From an uncultured Gammaproteobacteria bacterium (lineage in GTDB: Bacteria > Patescibacteriota > Microgenomatia > Daviesbacterales > UBA10151), in assembly GCA_964392925.1 (NCBI GenBank), contig CAYMRP010000001.1:51945-115944 (forward strand): a stretch of 64,000 nucleotides of DNA, read 5' to 3'. The notes below the pieces were generated by a model. The model was not told the DNA's origin. It made no database searches and saw only the letters and a program-made list of their open reading frames with translations. Positions 40,830 through 50,040 of the stretch are shown piece after piece (the stretch's first letter is position 1; each line of letters opens with the position of its first letter). The position numbers and the translations under genes are program-made.

Positions 40830-41878
40830 TTTTTTATCTTCAAATCACTCCATTTTATTTGAACATCATTAGGAATATCTTTTAGAGCCACTTTCCCCAG
40901 AACTTTTTTGAAATCAACAGCTTTTATCTGACCAGTTCCAGGCCTTTTAACCCAAATATTATCTTTAGTGAATTTCTCTCCTTTTTTTATTTCCTTTATC
41001 GAAACAACACAGGAATAAGCAAAATCTATAGTCGGCTGTTCTTCTTTTAGAATCTCCTTTTTACCGCCTAATGATTTATGAATAGCTGCAGACCCAATTA
41101 TTAAATCTTTTAATTCAGCGGGATCAATTGAAATAGCAATATCCGGCCCTGCCCATTTTTTACTAGAAGTAAAATGTTTCTCTATTAAAGAAGCCCCAAG
41201 TGCCACAGCTCCAAAAGAAGTATAGTTGCCGATCGAATGATCCGATAAACCAATTGGAATTCCCGGAAAAGCTTTCATAAGTTCTGCAATCCCTCCCAAT
41301 CTTACTTTTTCATAAGGGGTAGGGTAGAGCGAGGTACAATGAAAAAGCGCCAGCGGAGTATTGTGTTTTTGAATTGTTTTAACCGCAATTTTAATTGAGG
41401 GAATATCATTCATTCCAGTTGAAAGAATAATCGGTTTCCCAAAAGAAGCAATATGATCTATCAACGGATAATTATTGCACTCACCAGATCCTATTTTAAA
41501 CGCCGGCACCTTCATTCTATTTAACCTGTCAGCTGCGGCTCTGGAAAATGGTGATGATAAATATATCATTCCTAAATCTTCTACATACTTTTTTAATTTA
41601 ATTTCCGCTTCCTCCGAGAGAGCGCATCTCTGCATGATTTCATAAATTGATTCTTTAGTATGACCGGGAACTACTTTCTTAGCCTCTGCAATCATCTCAT
41701 CATCTATAACATGAGATTGAAATTTTACACACTCAGCCCCAGCCCTTTTAGCGTCATCAACCATCTTAATAGCCTTTTTAAAACTACCTTCATGATTAAT
41801 ACCGATTTCTGCAATCACAAATGGGGTAAAATCAGGTCCAATTTTTCTTTTAGAAATAGTTATAAATGGTTTTGCCAT
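40826..41878 (-). CDS. N-acylneuraminate-9-phosphate/nonulosonic acid synthase (NeuB/LegI/PseI family with C-terminal SAF domain)
   Basis: 350 aa (PFVIAEIGINHEGSFKKAIKMVDDAKRAGAECVKFQSH; C-terminal SAF-like region). Confidence 0.75.
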   Translation of the reverse strand: MAKPFITISKRKIGPDFTPFVIAEIGINHEGSFKKAIKMVDDAKRAGAECVKFQSHVIDDEMIAEAKKVVPGHTKESIYEIMQRCALSEEAEIKLKKYVEDLGMIYLSSPFSRAAADRLNRMKVPAFKIGSGECNNYPLIDHIASFGKPIILSTGMNDIPSIKIAVKTIQKHNTPLALFHCTSLYPTPYEKVRLGGIAELMKAFPGIPIGLSDHSIGNYTSFGAVALGASLIEKHFTSSKKWAGPDIAISIDPAELKDLIIGSAAIHKSLGGKKEILKEEQPTIDFAYSCVVSIKEIKKGEKFTKDNIWVKRPGTGQIKAVDFKKVLGKVALKDIPNDVQIKWSDLKIKK

Positions 41879-41942
41879 ACAATATTGATAGTTCTAACAT
41901 GTTTAGATTTTCAGTTCAATATGAAAGTGTATAATCTCCCTA

Positions 41943-42890
41943 ATGAAAATTGTATTTTTCGGACTGGGATCAATAGGCCAACGACATGCCCGGCTTCTAA
42001 AAGAAAATTATCAGCATCAGCTTTTCGCTTTCCGTTCCGGAATTAACAAATCCCCAAACAATTTAGGAATAACTGAATTAAATAATTGGCAGCAAATAAA
42101 AAAAATTAACCCCGAAGTGGTTTTTATCACTAACCCGACATCTCTTCATATAAAAACTGCTTTAAGGTGCGCTCATCTTGGAGCCAAGCTTTTCATCGAT
42201 AAACCAATCGGTAGTAGTCTAACAGGACTTGATGAGTTACTAAGTGTTATAGAAAGTAAAAAACTAGTCTCATATGTTGGTTACAATCTCCGTTTTCATC
42301 CGGTAATCATCAATCTGAAAAAATATTTTAAAACCAATAAATTTTTGCATATGCGAATTACTGCGGCTTCATATCTCCCTAATTGGAGACAGGGAACTGA
42401 TCACAAAAAAAGTTATCGTTCAAACAAACAAATGGGTGGGGGGATTATTCTCGATCTGTCACACGAAATTGACTATGCTGATTTCTTGTTGGAAGGCATT
42501 ACAACGATTAGAGGTCAATTTTCAAAAAGAAGTAATTTAACAATTAATGCCGAAGACTATGCTGATATTTTGATAAATTCAAAATTGGGTCCAGCAAACT
42601 TACACATCAATTTTTTAAGTCACCAAAATCAAAGAACAATCGAAATCGATTTTGAAAAAATGACTATCTCAGCCGATCTGATTAATTCAACAATCAAAAA
42701 ATTTAAAAAGGAGAAATTGATTAGTGAGCAAAGTTTTAATGTTGAAAGAGATTCAATTTTTAAGAAACAGCTTGAATATTTCTTTAAAAATATTGATAAT
42801 CCCAAAATGACTAACAATCTCACCGACGCAGCCAGACTTTATAAAAAAATAATCTCATTTAAGAATAGTGAAATTAACAAAAATGGATAA
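41943..42890 (+). CDS. Gfo/Idh/MocA family oxidoreductase
   Basis: 315 aa (IVFFGLGSIGQRHARLL). Confidence 0.6.
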   Translation: MKIVFFGLGSIGQRHARLLKENYQHQLFAFRSGINKSPNNLGITELNNWQQIKKINPEVVFITNPTSLHIKTALRCAHLGAKLFIDKPIGSSLTGLDELLSVIESKKLVSYVGYNLRFHPVIINLKKYFKTNKFLHMRITAASYLPNWRQGTDHKKSYRSNKQMGGGIILDLSHEIDYADFLLEGITTIRGQFSKRSNLTINAEDYADILINSKLGPANLHINFLSHQNQRTIEIDFEKMTISADLINSTIKKFKKEKLISEQSFNVERDSIFKKQLEYFFKNIDNPKMTNNLTDAARLYKKIISFKNSEINKNG

Positions 42891-44391
42891 TATTTTAATA
42901 ACAATTTGCGCCCGGGGTGGCTCAAAAGGTGTAAAAGGTAAAAACATCCGCAATCTAAACGGTAAGCCGCTTATCTACTACACAATTAAACAAGCTTTGG
43001 AATGGGGAAAAGCATCGAAAATCGTAGTCACTACCGATTCAAAAATTATTGCTGAAATAGCAAAATCTTTTGGAGCCGAAGTTCCTTTTCTCCGCCCTAA
43101 GAATCTATCAACCGACACCGCCCCGACACTTCCGGTTCTAACCCATGCCTTACTTGAATCAGAAAGAATATATAAACAAAAATTTGATTTACTTATAGAC
43201 CTGCCCGTAACAGCTCCTGTTAGATCAATTAAAGATATTGAAAATTCCTATAAACTTTTTAAGAAGAAAAATCCCAAAAACCTCGTCACTGTTACACCGT
43301 CTCACAGAAATCCTTACTTTAACATGTTGGAAATAAACAAAAAGGCTAGAGTTGAATATTCCAAACAAGGATCTTTTACCCGCCGCCAGGATGCGCCGCA
43401 AGTTTACGATATGAATAATTCAATCTATATTTATCAAAGTGATTATCTCCGGACTGATGGGATTAAGGATAAAATTTCTGACGACACAATTGCTTATGTG
43501 ATGGATCCAATATCTGCAATTGATATCGATACCGAAACAGACTTTAGAATTCTGGAAGCCTTAGTAAAAGATTCTGTAGTTAAAATTGATAATCAGAATC
43601 CTAAAAATGACTCGACTAAATTCTCTCTTTACGGCAAAGTCGCATTTGTAAATGGTGGAGCCGGATTAATCGGTGAGCAAATCGTTAAACAGTTTACTGA
43701 AGCTGGAGCTAAAGTAATTTTGCTGGATATAAATAAAAAGAAATCCGTTCAAATCGCAGAACAATTAAATGAAAAAGGCGGCGATGTAAATTTTGAAATC
43801 TTTGATATTACTAAACTTGATTCAATAGACAAAACAATCGATGCTTTATATAAAAAATATGGCCGGATAGATATTTGGGTTAATACTTCTTTTCCTAGGA
43901 CAAGTGATTGGGGCAAGAAAATTGAAGATTTTCCACTCGAGTCTTTCCAAAAGAATGTTTCAATGCATCTAAATAGTTATAGCTGGATCAGCCGTAAAGT
44001 TTGTTTAGTTATGAAAAAACAAAAAGGCGGCAGCTTAATTAATTTTGGTTCAATCTACGGAGCTGTTGGCGCAAACTTTAATATTTATGAAAACACAAAA
44101 ATGACGAGCGCCTTTGCTTATTCTGCAATAAAAGGCGGCATAATTAACCTCAGCCGTTATTTGGCCTCATACTTTGGACAATATAATGTTAGAGTCAACA
44201 CAATCTGTCCAGGCGGAATTTTTGATAACCAGGATGAAACATTTGTTAGTAACTATTCTAAACAAACACCATTAAAAAGAATGGGCCAGCCGGAAGAAAT
44301 CGCTCCCGTCGTTTTGTTTCTGGCATCAGAAGCCGGATCGTATGTTACCGGCGCAACCATAATGGTCGATGGGGGATGGACAGCTATATGA
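42868..44391 (+). CDS. Fusion protein: N-terminal CMP-nonulosonic acid synthetase (acylneuraminate cytidylyltransferase family, ~235 aa) joined to a C-terminal short-chain dehydrogenase/reductase (~255 aa)
   Basis: 507 aa. The N-terminal half has NILITICARGGSKGVKGKNIRNLNGKPLIYYTI. The C-terminal half has AFVNGGAGLIGEQI (Rossmann) and YSAIKGG (YxxxK). Confidence 0.7.
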   Translation: MKLTKMDNILITICARGGSKGVKGKNIRNLNGKPLIYYTIKQALEWGKASKIVVTTDSKIIAEIAKSFGAEVPFLRPKNLSTDTAPTLPVLTHALLESERIYKQKFDLLIDLPVTAPVRSIKDIENSYKLFKKKNPKNLVTVTPSHRNPYFNMLEINKKARVEYSKQGSFTRRQDAPQVYDMNNSIYIYQSDYLRTDGIKDKISDDTIAYVMDPISAIDIDTETDFRILEALVKDSVVKIDNQNPKNDSTKFSLYGKVAFVNGGAGLIGEQIVKQFTEAGAKVILLDINKKKSVQIAEQLNEKGGDVNFEIFDITKLDSIDKTIDALYKKYGRIDIWVNTSFPRTSDWGKKIEDFPLESFQKNVSMHLNSYSWISRKVCLVMKKQKGGSLINFGSIYGAVGANFNIYENTKMTSAFAYSAIKGGIINLSRYLASYFGQYNVRVNTICPGGIFDNQDETFVSNYSKQTPLKRMGQPEEIAPVVLFLASEAGSYVTGATIMVDGGWTAI

Positions 44392-45386
44392 GAGATTATA
44401 AAAAAGCATTTCAAAACAAAAGAATATTAGTAACCGGAGGAACCGGCTCAATTGGTACTGAAATCGTCCGTCAACTTTTAAAATACAGTCCAAAACAAAT
44501 TAGAGTTTTCTCCAGAGATGAGCACAAACAACATCTCATGCAAAACGAGCTTGGCAACCCTAAAAACAACAAGATTCTTCGTTTTCTAATAGGAGACATT
44601 CGGGATAAAGAGCGTTTGAATCGGGCCTTCAATGACATAGATATCGTTTTTCACGCCGCCGCTTTAAAACATGTCCCTTTTTGTGAAGCAAATCCTTTTG
44701 AAGCTATGAAAACCAACGTTTTGGGAACCCAAAATGTTATTGAACTAGCAATTGATCACCGAATCGAAAAAATGGTTTCTATCTCAACTGACAAAGCCGT
44801 CAATCCCAGTACTTTTATGGGAATTACCAAATTAATGTCAGAAAGAATGGTCATAGCCGCACCTAACTATTCAGGCCATCCGGAAATAAAATTTGCTGTA
44901 GTCCGTTTCGGTAACGTTATAAATTCCCGTGGTTCTGTAATTCCTTTATGGATCGATCAAATTAAAAAAGGCGGCCCTGTTCTTGTCACCGATAAAACCA
45001 TGGAACGGTTCTTTATGACCATCCCCGATGCTGTAAATCTGGTGTTTTCTGCTGCATCTCAAATGTTAGGCAGCGAGATCTTCGTCCTAAAAATGCAAAA
45101 GTATAAAATCTATGATATCGCCCAGGAATTAATTAAAAAATACGCAGCTGGTGGAAAAGTGAAAATAAAAATAGTAGGAGCCCGAGACCGTGAGAAAAGT
45201 GATGAGTATCTCTTCACTGAAGACGAAGCCAAACTAATGCTGGAATCCGGTCCCTTCCACATCATCCTTCCCAATAAGGACCTCTATCAAAAAAGACAAA
45301 ATAAATATAATTCCAAAATAAAATCCCCCAATCAAACCAGCATCTTCAGCGCCCTAGAGCAGCTTGACCTGACAAACCCACTCTAG
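44376..45386 (+). CDS. UDP-N-acetylglucosamine 4,6-dehydratase (PseB/FnlA/CapD family)
   Basis: 336 aa (RILVTGGTGSIGTEIVRQLL; VFSRDEHKQ; FHAAALKHVP). Confidence 0.7.
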   Translation: MDSYMRDYKKAFQNKRILVTGGTGSIGTEIVRQLLKYSPKQIRVFSRDEHKQHLMQNELGNPKNNKILRFLIGDIRDKERLNRAFNDIDIVFHAAALKHVPFCEANPFEAMKTNVLGTQNVIELAIDHRIEKMVSISTDKAVNPSTFMGITKLMSERMVIAAPNYSGHPEIKFAVVRFGNVINSRGSVIPLWIDQIKKGGPVLVTDKTMERFFMTIPDAVNLVFSAASQMLGSEIFVLKMQKYKIYDIAQELIKKYAAGGKVKIKIVGARDREKSDEYLFTEDEAKLMLESGPFHIILPNKDLYQKRQNKYNSKIKSPNQTSIFSALEQLDLTNPL

Positions 45387-45419
45387 ACAAACAAAAAAAT
45401 CCTGTTAGAATCCCATTTA

Positions 45420-46672
45420 ATGAGTTACAACGACCGAAGAGAAGCTTTTGTAAGTAAGAGAGTAGCAAGTGACCCTACTTTTGAAAAAGTAACACAACTT
45501 TCAATCCCGCAGAATATTTCATTTGATAAATTAGGAGCTTGGGAGGGAATGCTTGCCAGAGAACCTTTTACGACACCTACAATATTGGCATCTAGCCGTG
45601 ACACTGGAGAAACAAAAGTAGTTAGCAAAGCTATGGATGAATTCCATAGACGGGGATGGAAGACTGAGTTTATGGCAGTTGGAGACGGCTTGCCTTTATT
45701 AGAAGAAAGTGGGTACTCGAATAAACGGGGCGGAGAACCAAGGGTGCAGTAGTCACAGGATTTTCAGAACAAGATAATCTTGCAGCAGCAATGCATCTTA
45801 CAAGCCATAAAATTGGGGTAGAACATTATAGGATTGAAGACTTTGATGGAGCTCTAGGGGGTAATATGCAGGACTACTATGGTGCAGACTTTGGTCTGTT
45901 TGTACCCACAAAAGTCTTTGTGGCAAATGAATGGGCTGCGCAGCAGAACAGAAAATACTTTCATGAAAGCACAGTTGTAGTTTCTGGTCCGACTGGCATA
46001 CCAGCCCTTGACCTCGAACAGCAGTCAGCTACAAGAAACAATCTAAGAAGAAAGCTCAATATTCCTTTAGACGCTACAACTGGAGCTTGGTTTGGGCAGG
46101 TAGGCGAAGCTACTGTAAAAGCGCTTGAAATATATGTTAATGCATTAAATGAATCAGGCGCTACTCAGGATTTATTAGTAAGGTTTCACCCCAAATTCAT
46201 AAGAGCAGGTGATGTCCCCGCAGCCCTCCCCATTCTCGATAGATTTAATGGTAGGGTTCATCACGTTTCAGGGATAGATGTACCCGGAGTTAGAAATGAA
46301 AAAGTAGGCAATGTAAATGATGTTATCGACGCTATGAGTTTTGGAGGAAATGAACGCTCAACTACAGCAAATGAGTCCGCAGCACGTAGAAGACTCATGT
46401 TTAGTCTGGATATTGATGGTTTTGATACTCTGTATGGTCAGGATAAAAGTTTTGCTGTTGGGGCAATAGACAGAGGAGCCAGTCCTGTGATTAGAAGGCC
46501 GTATCAAGCAGCTGGCGTTATTAGAGAAGCCCTTTATGACAGAGCAGCCAGAGAAAAGTACTTTGGCCAAATGCAAGAATTTGAATCTGACGGGCTTGGG
46601 GCTTTTAATATTGTAAATGTCGTAGAAAAAGATATCTTCTTAGAAAGACATAAAATGCAGCCATTAAAGTAA
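45420..46672 (+). pseudogene. Compositionally atypical gene for a ~415-aa protein of unknown function, split by a 1-nt frameshift at a G4 run near position 45727 into ORFs 45420-45752 and 45791-46672
   Basis: The frame of the second ORF stays open upstream to 45725 (TGRRTKGAVVTGFSEQDNLAAAMHL), so it overlaps the end of the first ORF. Inserting one nucleotide at CGGGG joins the two frames. Local GC (~45%) and Ala/Gly/Arg-rich, Lys/Ile-poor composition differ from the flanking genes. The two parts may still be expressed, and a sequencing error is possible. Confidence 0.4.
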
Positions 46673-46701
46673 TTTAGATATTCTGTTATATTTGTTATTG
46701 A

Positions 46702-47076
46702 ATGTCAGATTCATTAATTAACCCAAACCCTTCTGCAATTTTCTACGAAAACCAAAACCTCTATGCTTGCCTCGCAGATTATCCGTTAAGCAAAGGCCAC
46801 TCTCTTGTCGTTTGGAAAAAACCAATCCCTGATCTCCATCTCCTAAACCCCAAAGAATATGAATCCCTCATGGAAATAGTTGATAAAGTTCGAAACGCCC
46901 TAATGAAAACTCTGAAAGTCGAAAAAGTTTACTTGATGTACATGGACGAAATAAAACATGTCCATTGGCACCTAATCCCGCGTTACAACAAACTTGGATT
47001 TAACATTCTTAAACATTCACCAAAAAAACTAGAGAATTATGATTTAGCAAAAAAGCTCAAACTTTCAATTACCTGA
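46702..47076 (+). CDS. HIT (histidine triad) family nucleotide hydrolase/transferase
   Basis: 124 aa with the HIT motif HVHWHLIPR. Confidence 0.65.
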   Translation: MSDSLINPNPSAIFYENQNLYACLADYPLSKGHSLVVWKKPIPDLHLLNPKEYESLMEIVDKVRNALMKTLKVEKVYLMYMDEIKHVHWHLIPRYNKLGFNILKHSPKKLENYDLAKKLKLSIT

Positions 47077-47108
47077 TAACTAAATTATACTTTCTTCCAG
47101 GCTAAATT

Positions 47109-48593
47109 ATGGTCAAAGAAAAAAACCTTGGAGAAAAAATTCTTAAAGGCAGTGTTATAGTCCTGATTCTCACTTTCTTAGGTTCGATTTTTGCTTACCT
47201 TATTAGGATAATCTTCTCCCGTTCTCTCTCCATCGAGAGTTACGGTTTATTCTACGCGGTCTTAGGACTTTTTAACGTCTTAACTACGTATATTGATTTA
47301 GGATATGGGTATTCAGTAGTTTATTTACTACCTAAATACATCAGGGCAAAAAAGTATAAAGAAGCCTGGAATGTTTTTATTCACGGCCAAACAGTTTCAT
47401 TAACAATTACAATTCTAGTTTCAATATTACTAATAATCTTCGCTCCATTTCTATCAAATAATTATTTTAAAGTCCCAGGCTCTGAAGCTCTCATCTATAT
47501 TTTTTGTTTATACCTAATTTCATACGTTATCTTAAATGGTCTAATCCAAATATTTGCCAGTCTCCAGCAGGCTTCTTATTTCGCTTCAATCACCGTTGTG
47601 AAGTGGTTCCTAACGCTTATTATTTCGTTAATATTCATTGGAGCCGGAATCCAAAATGTCTTGGTATTTGCCGCTGCGTTGGCAATAGCCCATCTTCTAA
47701 CTGCTGTCAGTTACACCTATTTGCTAATCATTAAGCATCCATTGTTAATCAAAAATAAGATCACTATTGAAAAAAATACCTACAAAAAAATGACAGCCTT
47801 CGCTTTACCAGCAATACTTGAGACAGTTGTCTATTCGGCTGTAATTGCCACTGATACTTTCTTATTAACCCTTTTTAGGGGAGTCAGGGATGTTGGTATC
47901 TACAATATAATTTATCCGCTTGCCTCGATTCCTGTGGTTTTATTCAACCCAATTAACGGCTTAATATTACCCCTGGTATCTCACCTCATGGAAGGGGATA
48001 AAACCCGGTTAACTTATTTAATGGAAAAAATTCTTGAGGTCATTCCTTTTATCAGCTTCTACTTCGTGCTCTTTATCGTTATCTTCCCTTCGGCAATAGT
48101 CAAATTAATTTTTGGTGATCAATGGAACGGGATGGTTGGATTACCGCTCAGTATATTATCAATGGGCGCGATTCCTATATTAATGTCTGCTATTTTGGGA
48201 GCAATATTACTCGGAACAGGCAGAGTTAAAGAAAAGCTGAAAGCTGCCTCAGTAATCGCCCTTCTCGGAGTTTCGATGAACACATTCTTAATCTGGACAT
48301 ACGGCGTTTTAGGAGCTGTTATAACTTCCACATTTGTCGCCACAACTCTCTCAATACTGTTTGTTATCCTTATCAAACAAACAATCAACTTTAAGATTCC
48401 TTTTTTGTTTTACACAAAACTTCTGATCTTTGGGGTAGTATTATTCGCAGCTGCCAGATTGCTTTCTCTCAATCCGCTTTCATGGACTTTAATAATATTC
48501 TACGGGTTATGCTACTCAGGTCTATATTTTGGCTTAGGCTGGTTATTAAAAGTTTATGATAAAGACTTAATAAAAATGTTGATTAAAAGATAA
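47109..48593 (+). CDS. wzx: Oligosaccharide/polysaccharide flippase, Wzx-like (MOP superfamily)
   Basis: 494 aa with about 12-14 TM segments. The N-terminal region (GSVIVLILTFLGSIFAYLIRIIFSRSLSIESYGLFYAVLGLF) is typical of polysaccharide biosynthesis flippases. Confidence 0.6.
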   Translation: MVKEKNLGEKILKGSVIVLILTFLGSIFAYLIRIIFSRSLSIESYGLFYAVLGLFNVLTTYIDLGYGYSVVYLLPKYIRAKKYKEAWNVFIHGQTVSLTITILVSILLIIFAPFLSNNYFKVPGSEALIYIFCLYLISYVILNGLIQIFASLQQASYFASITVVKWFLTLIISLIFIGAGIQNVLVFAAALAIAHLLTAVSYTYLLIIKHPLLIKNKITIEKNTYKKMTAFALPAILETVVYSAVIATDTFLLTLFRGVRDVGIYNIIYPLASIPVVLFNPINGLILPLVSHLMEGDKTRLTYLMEKILEVIPFISFYFVLFIVIFPSAIVKLIFGDQWNGMVGLPLSILSMGAIPILMSAILGAILLGTGRVKEKLKAASVIALLGVSMNTFLIWTYGVLGAVITSTFVATTLSILFVILIKQTINFKIPFLFYTKLLIFGVVLFAAARLLSLNPLSWTLIIFYGLCYSGLYFGLGWLLKVYDKDLIKMLIKR

Positions 48594-49202
48594 CTAATCC
48601 TTAGCCGGAGTAATTCTAATGATATCATCCTTAACTTCTAAGTTGTACTTAAGTCCTTTGATCATTTTCCTAATCTGGTTAACTTTTGGATAATCTTCCC
48701 GGCCATTAAAAAGTCTGGCATCATCAATTAAAATTACATGTCCTGACAATTTATGCGACAGAATGGCTTTTAATTCATCAATAACCGGTGTATTAACCTT
48801 AGTTTTAGCAGTTTTCCCACCAGAAAAATGTCCATCCAACCAAAATAAAGCTGGCGCTTTTAATTCTTTCAGTAATTTCTTAATTTCTTTTCCGCTGTCT
48901 CCTAAAACTATACTAATATGTTTATCACTCTTAAATTTATTTACGGCATTCTTATAATAGAATTCGCTAAGCTCAATACTGGTTAGCTTGTCAAAAGTTT
49001 TCTTTAGCGCCTCTATCATGTCTCCTTTGTATGTTCCAGTCTCGACTAAACTTTTTAAACTAAAATCCTTAGCATATTTTTTTAATACAAACTGCTTATA
49101 AATATGTGGTGGCGGAATTTTGCTGCCCGAAATTTTCCAATATATTAAAACTGCCGGTGATCTTTTTGCTTTGTTGACGAAATTACTGATTAAATTATTC
49201 AT
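48594..49202 (-). CDS. Putative SAM-dependent O-methyltransferase (TylF/MycF-like)
   Basis: 202 aa. ETGTYKGDM is a glycine-rich motif I-like segment and LFWLDGHF is a LDGD-like region. Confidence 0.4.
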   Translation of the reverse strand: MNNLISNFVNKAKRSPAVLIYWKISGSKIPPPHIYKQFVLKKYAKDFSLKSLVETGTYKGDMIEALKKTFDKLTSIELSEFYYKNAVNKFKSDKHISIVLGDSGKEIKKLLKELKAPALFWLDGHFSGGKTAKTKVNTPVIDELKAILSHKLSGHVILIDDARLFNGREDYPKVNQIRKMIKGLKYNLEVKDDIIRITPAKD

Positions 49203-49245
49203 TGTTGTTAAATATATGGTGTATAAGTAAAATACCTGATTACTG

Positions 49246-50040
49246 ATGAAAATTCAAAGGTTCATTTTAATTAATCTAAATTCTCTCTTCCCATTTCTCT
49301 ATCCAATCCTAAAATTGCTAAAAGGCGGCATTTACTTTAAAGGCATTGCCGCATTTATAAATGACTATCAAGAATACTCAAAATTGAATAAAAAATCCCC
49401 CAGTCCTTTTCAACTAGATATTCTCAATAATCATCCCATATATTTCGACCGCTATGATGAAGCAGGTCATATTCTCCAGCACTATTTTCATCAGGATATT
49501 TGGGCCGCCAAAAAAGTTTTTAAATCTGGCGTTAAAAATCACTATGATGTTGGTAGCCGTTTAGACGGTTTTATCTCTCATTGCTTAACATTTTGCAAAA
49601 TTACTATGCTGGACATAAGAGGCCTAGATAAAACTATACCTAATCTGGATTTCATCCAAACTGACTGTACTAATATGAAAAATATTAAAACAGGCAGTAT
49701 TAAATCTATCTCATCTCTTCACGCAATAGAGCATTTTGGGTTAGGCCGATATGGAGATCCAATTGATCCATGGGGCTATAAAAAAGCAATTGATGAATTG
49801 AAAAGAGTCACCAAAAAAGGCGGAGATATTTATTTTTCTGTTCCAATCGGAAAACAAAGACTTGAGTTTAATAACCAGCGGGTCTTCAGTCCGAAGTATG
49901 TGTTAGAACTTTTTTCAGGAATGAAATTGAAAGAGTTTAGCTTAGTTAACGATAGAAACGATTTCGTCGAAAATGTAAAACCGGAAAAGCATCTTAATGT
50001 TAAATATTCCTGTGGCCTGTTTCACTTTCAAAAAATCTGA
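49246..50040 (+). CDS. Methyltransferase-like protein (DUF268-like, class I SAM MTase clan)
   Basis: 264 aa. It has HYDVGSRLDGF and a SLHAIEHFGLGRYGDPIDPWGY ... KKGGDIYFSVP region. Confidence 0.4.
   Translation: MKIQRFILINLNSLFPFLYPILKLLKGGIYFKGIAAFINDYQEYSKLNKKSPSPFQLDILNNHPIYFDRYDEAGHILQHYFHQDIWAAKKVFKSGVKNHYDVGSRLDGFISHCLTFCKITMLDIRGLDKTIPNLDFIQTDCTNMKNIKTGSIKSISSLHAIEHFGLGRYGDPIDPWGYKKAIDELKRVTKKGGDIYFSVPIGKQRLEFNNQRVFSPKYVLELFSGMKLKEFSLVNDRNDFVENVKPEKHLNVKYSCGLFHFQKI

Noticed and set aside
45726-45730. The G4 run at the frameshift site acting as a phase-variation (slipped-strand) switch.
   Set aside because: Four guanines is far shorter than the homopolymer tracts (typically 7 or more) that give appreciable slippage in known phase-variable glycan genes. 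A sequencing error or a fixed mutation is more parsimonious.
45387-46701. A mobile-element boundary around the compositionally atypical gene (looking for a transposase, integrase, or inverted/direct repeats).
   Set aside because: I could see no integrase or transposase ORF and no terminal inverted or direct repeats in the 33-bp and 29-bp flanks. Foreign origin is suggested by composition only.
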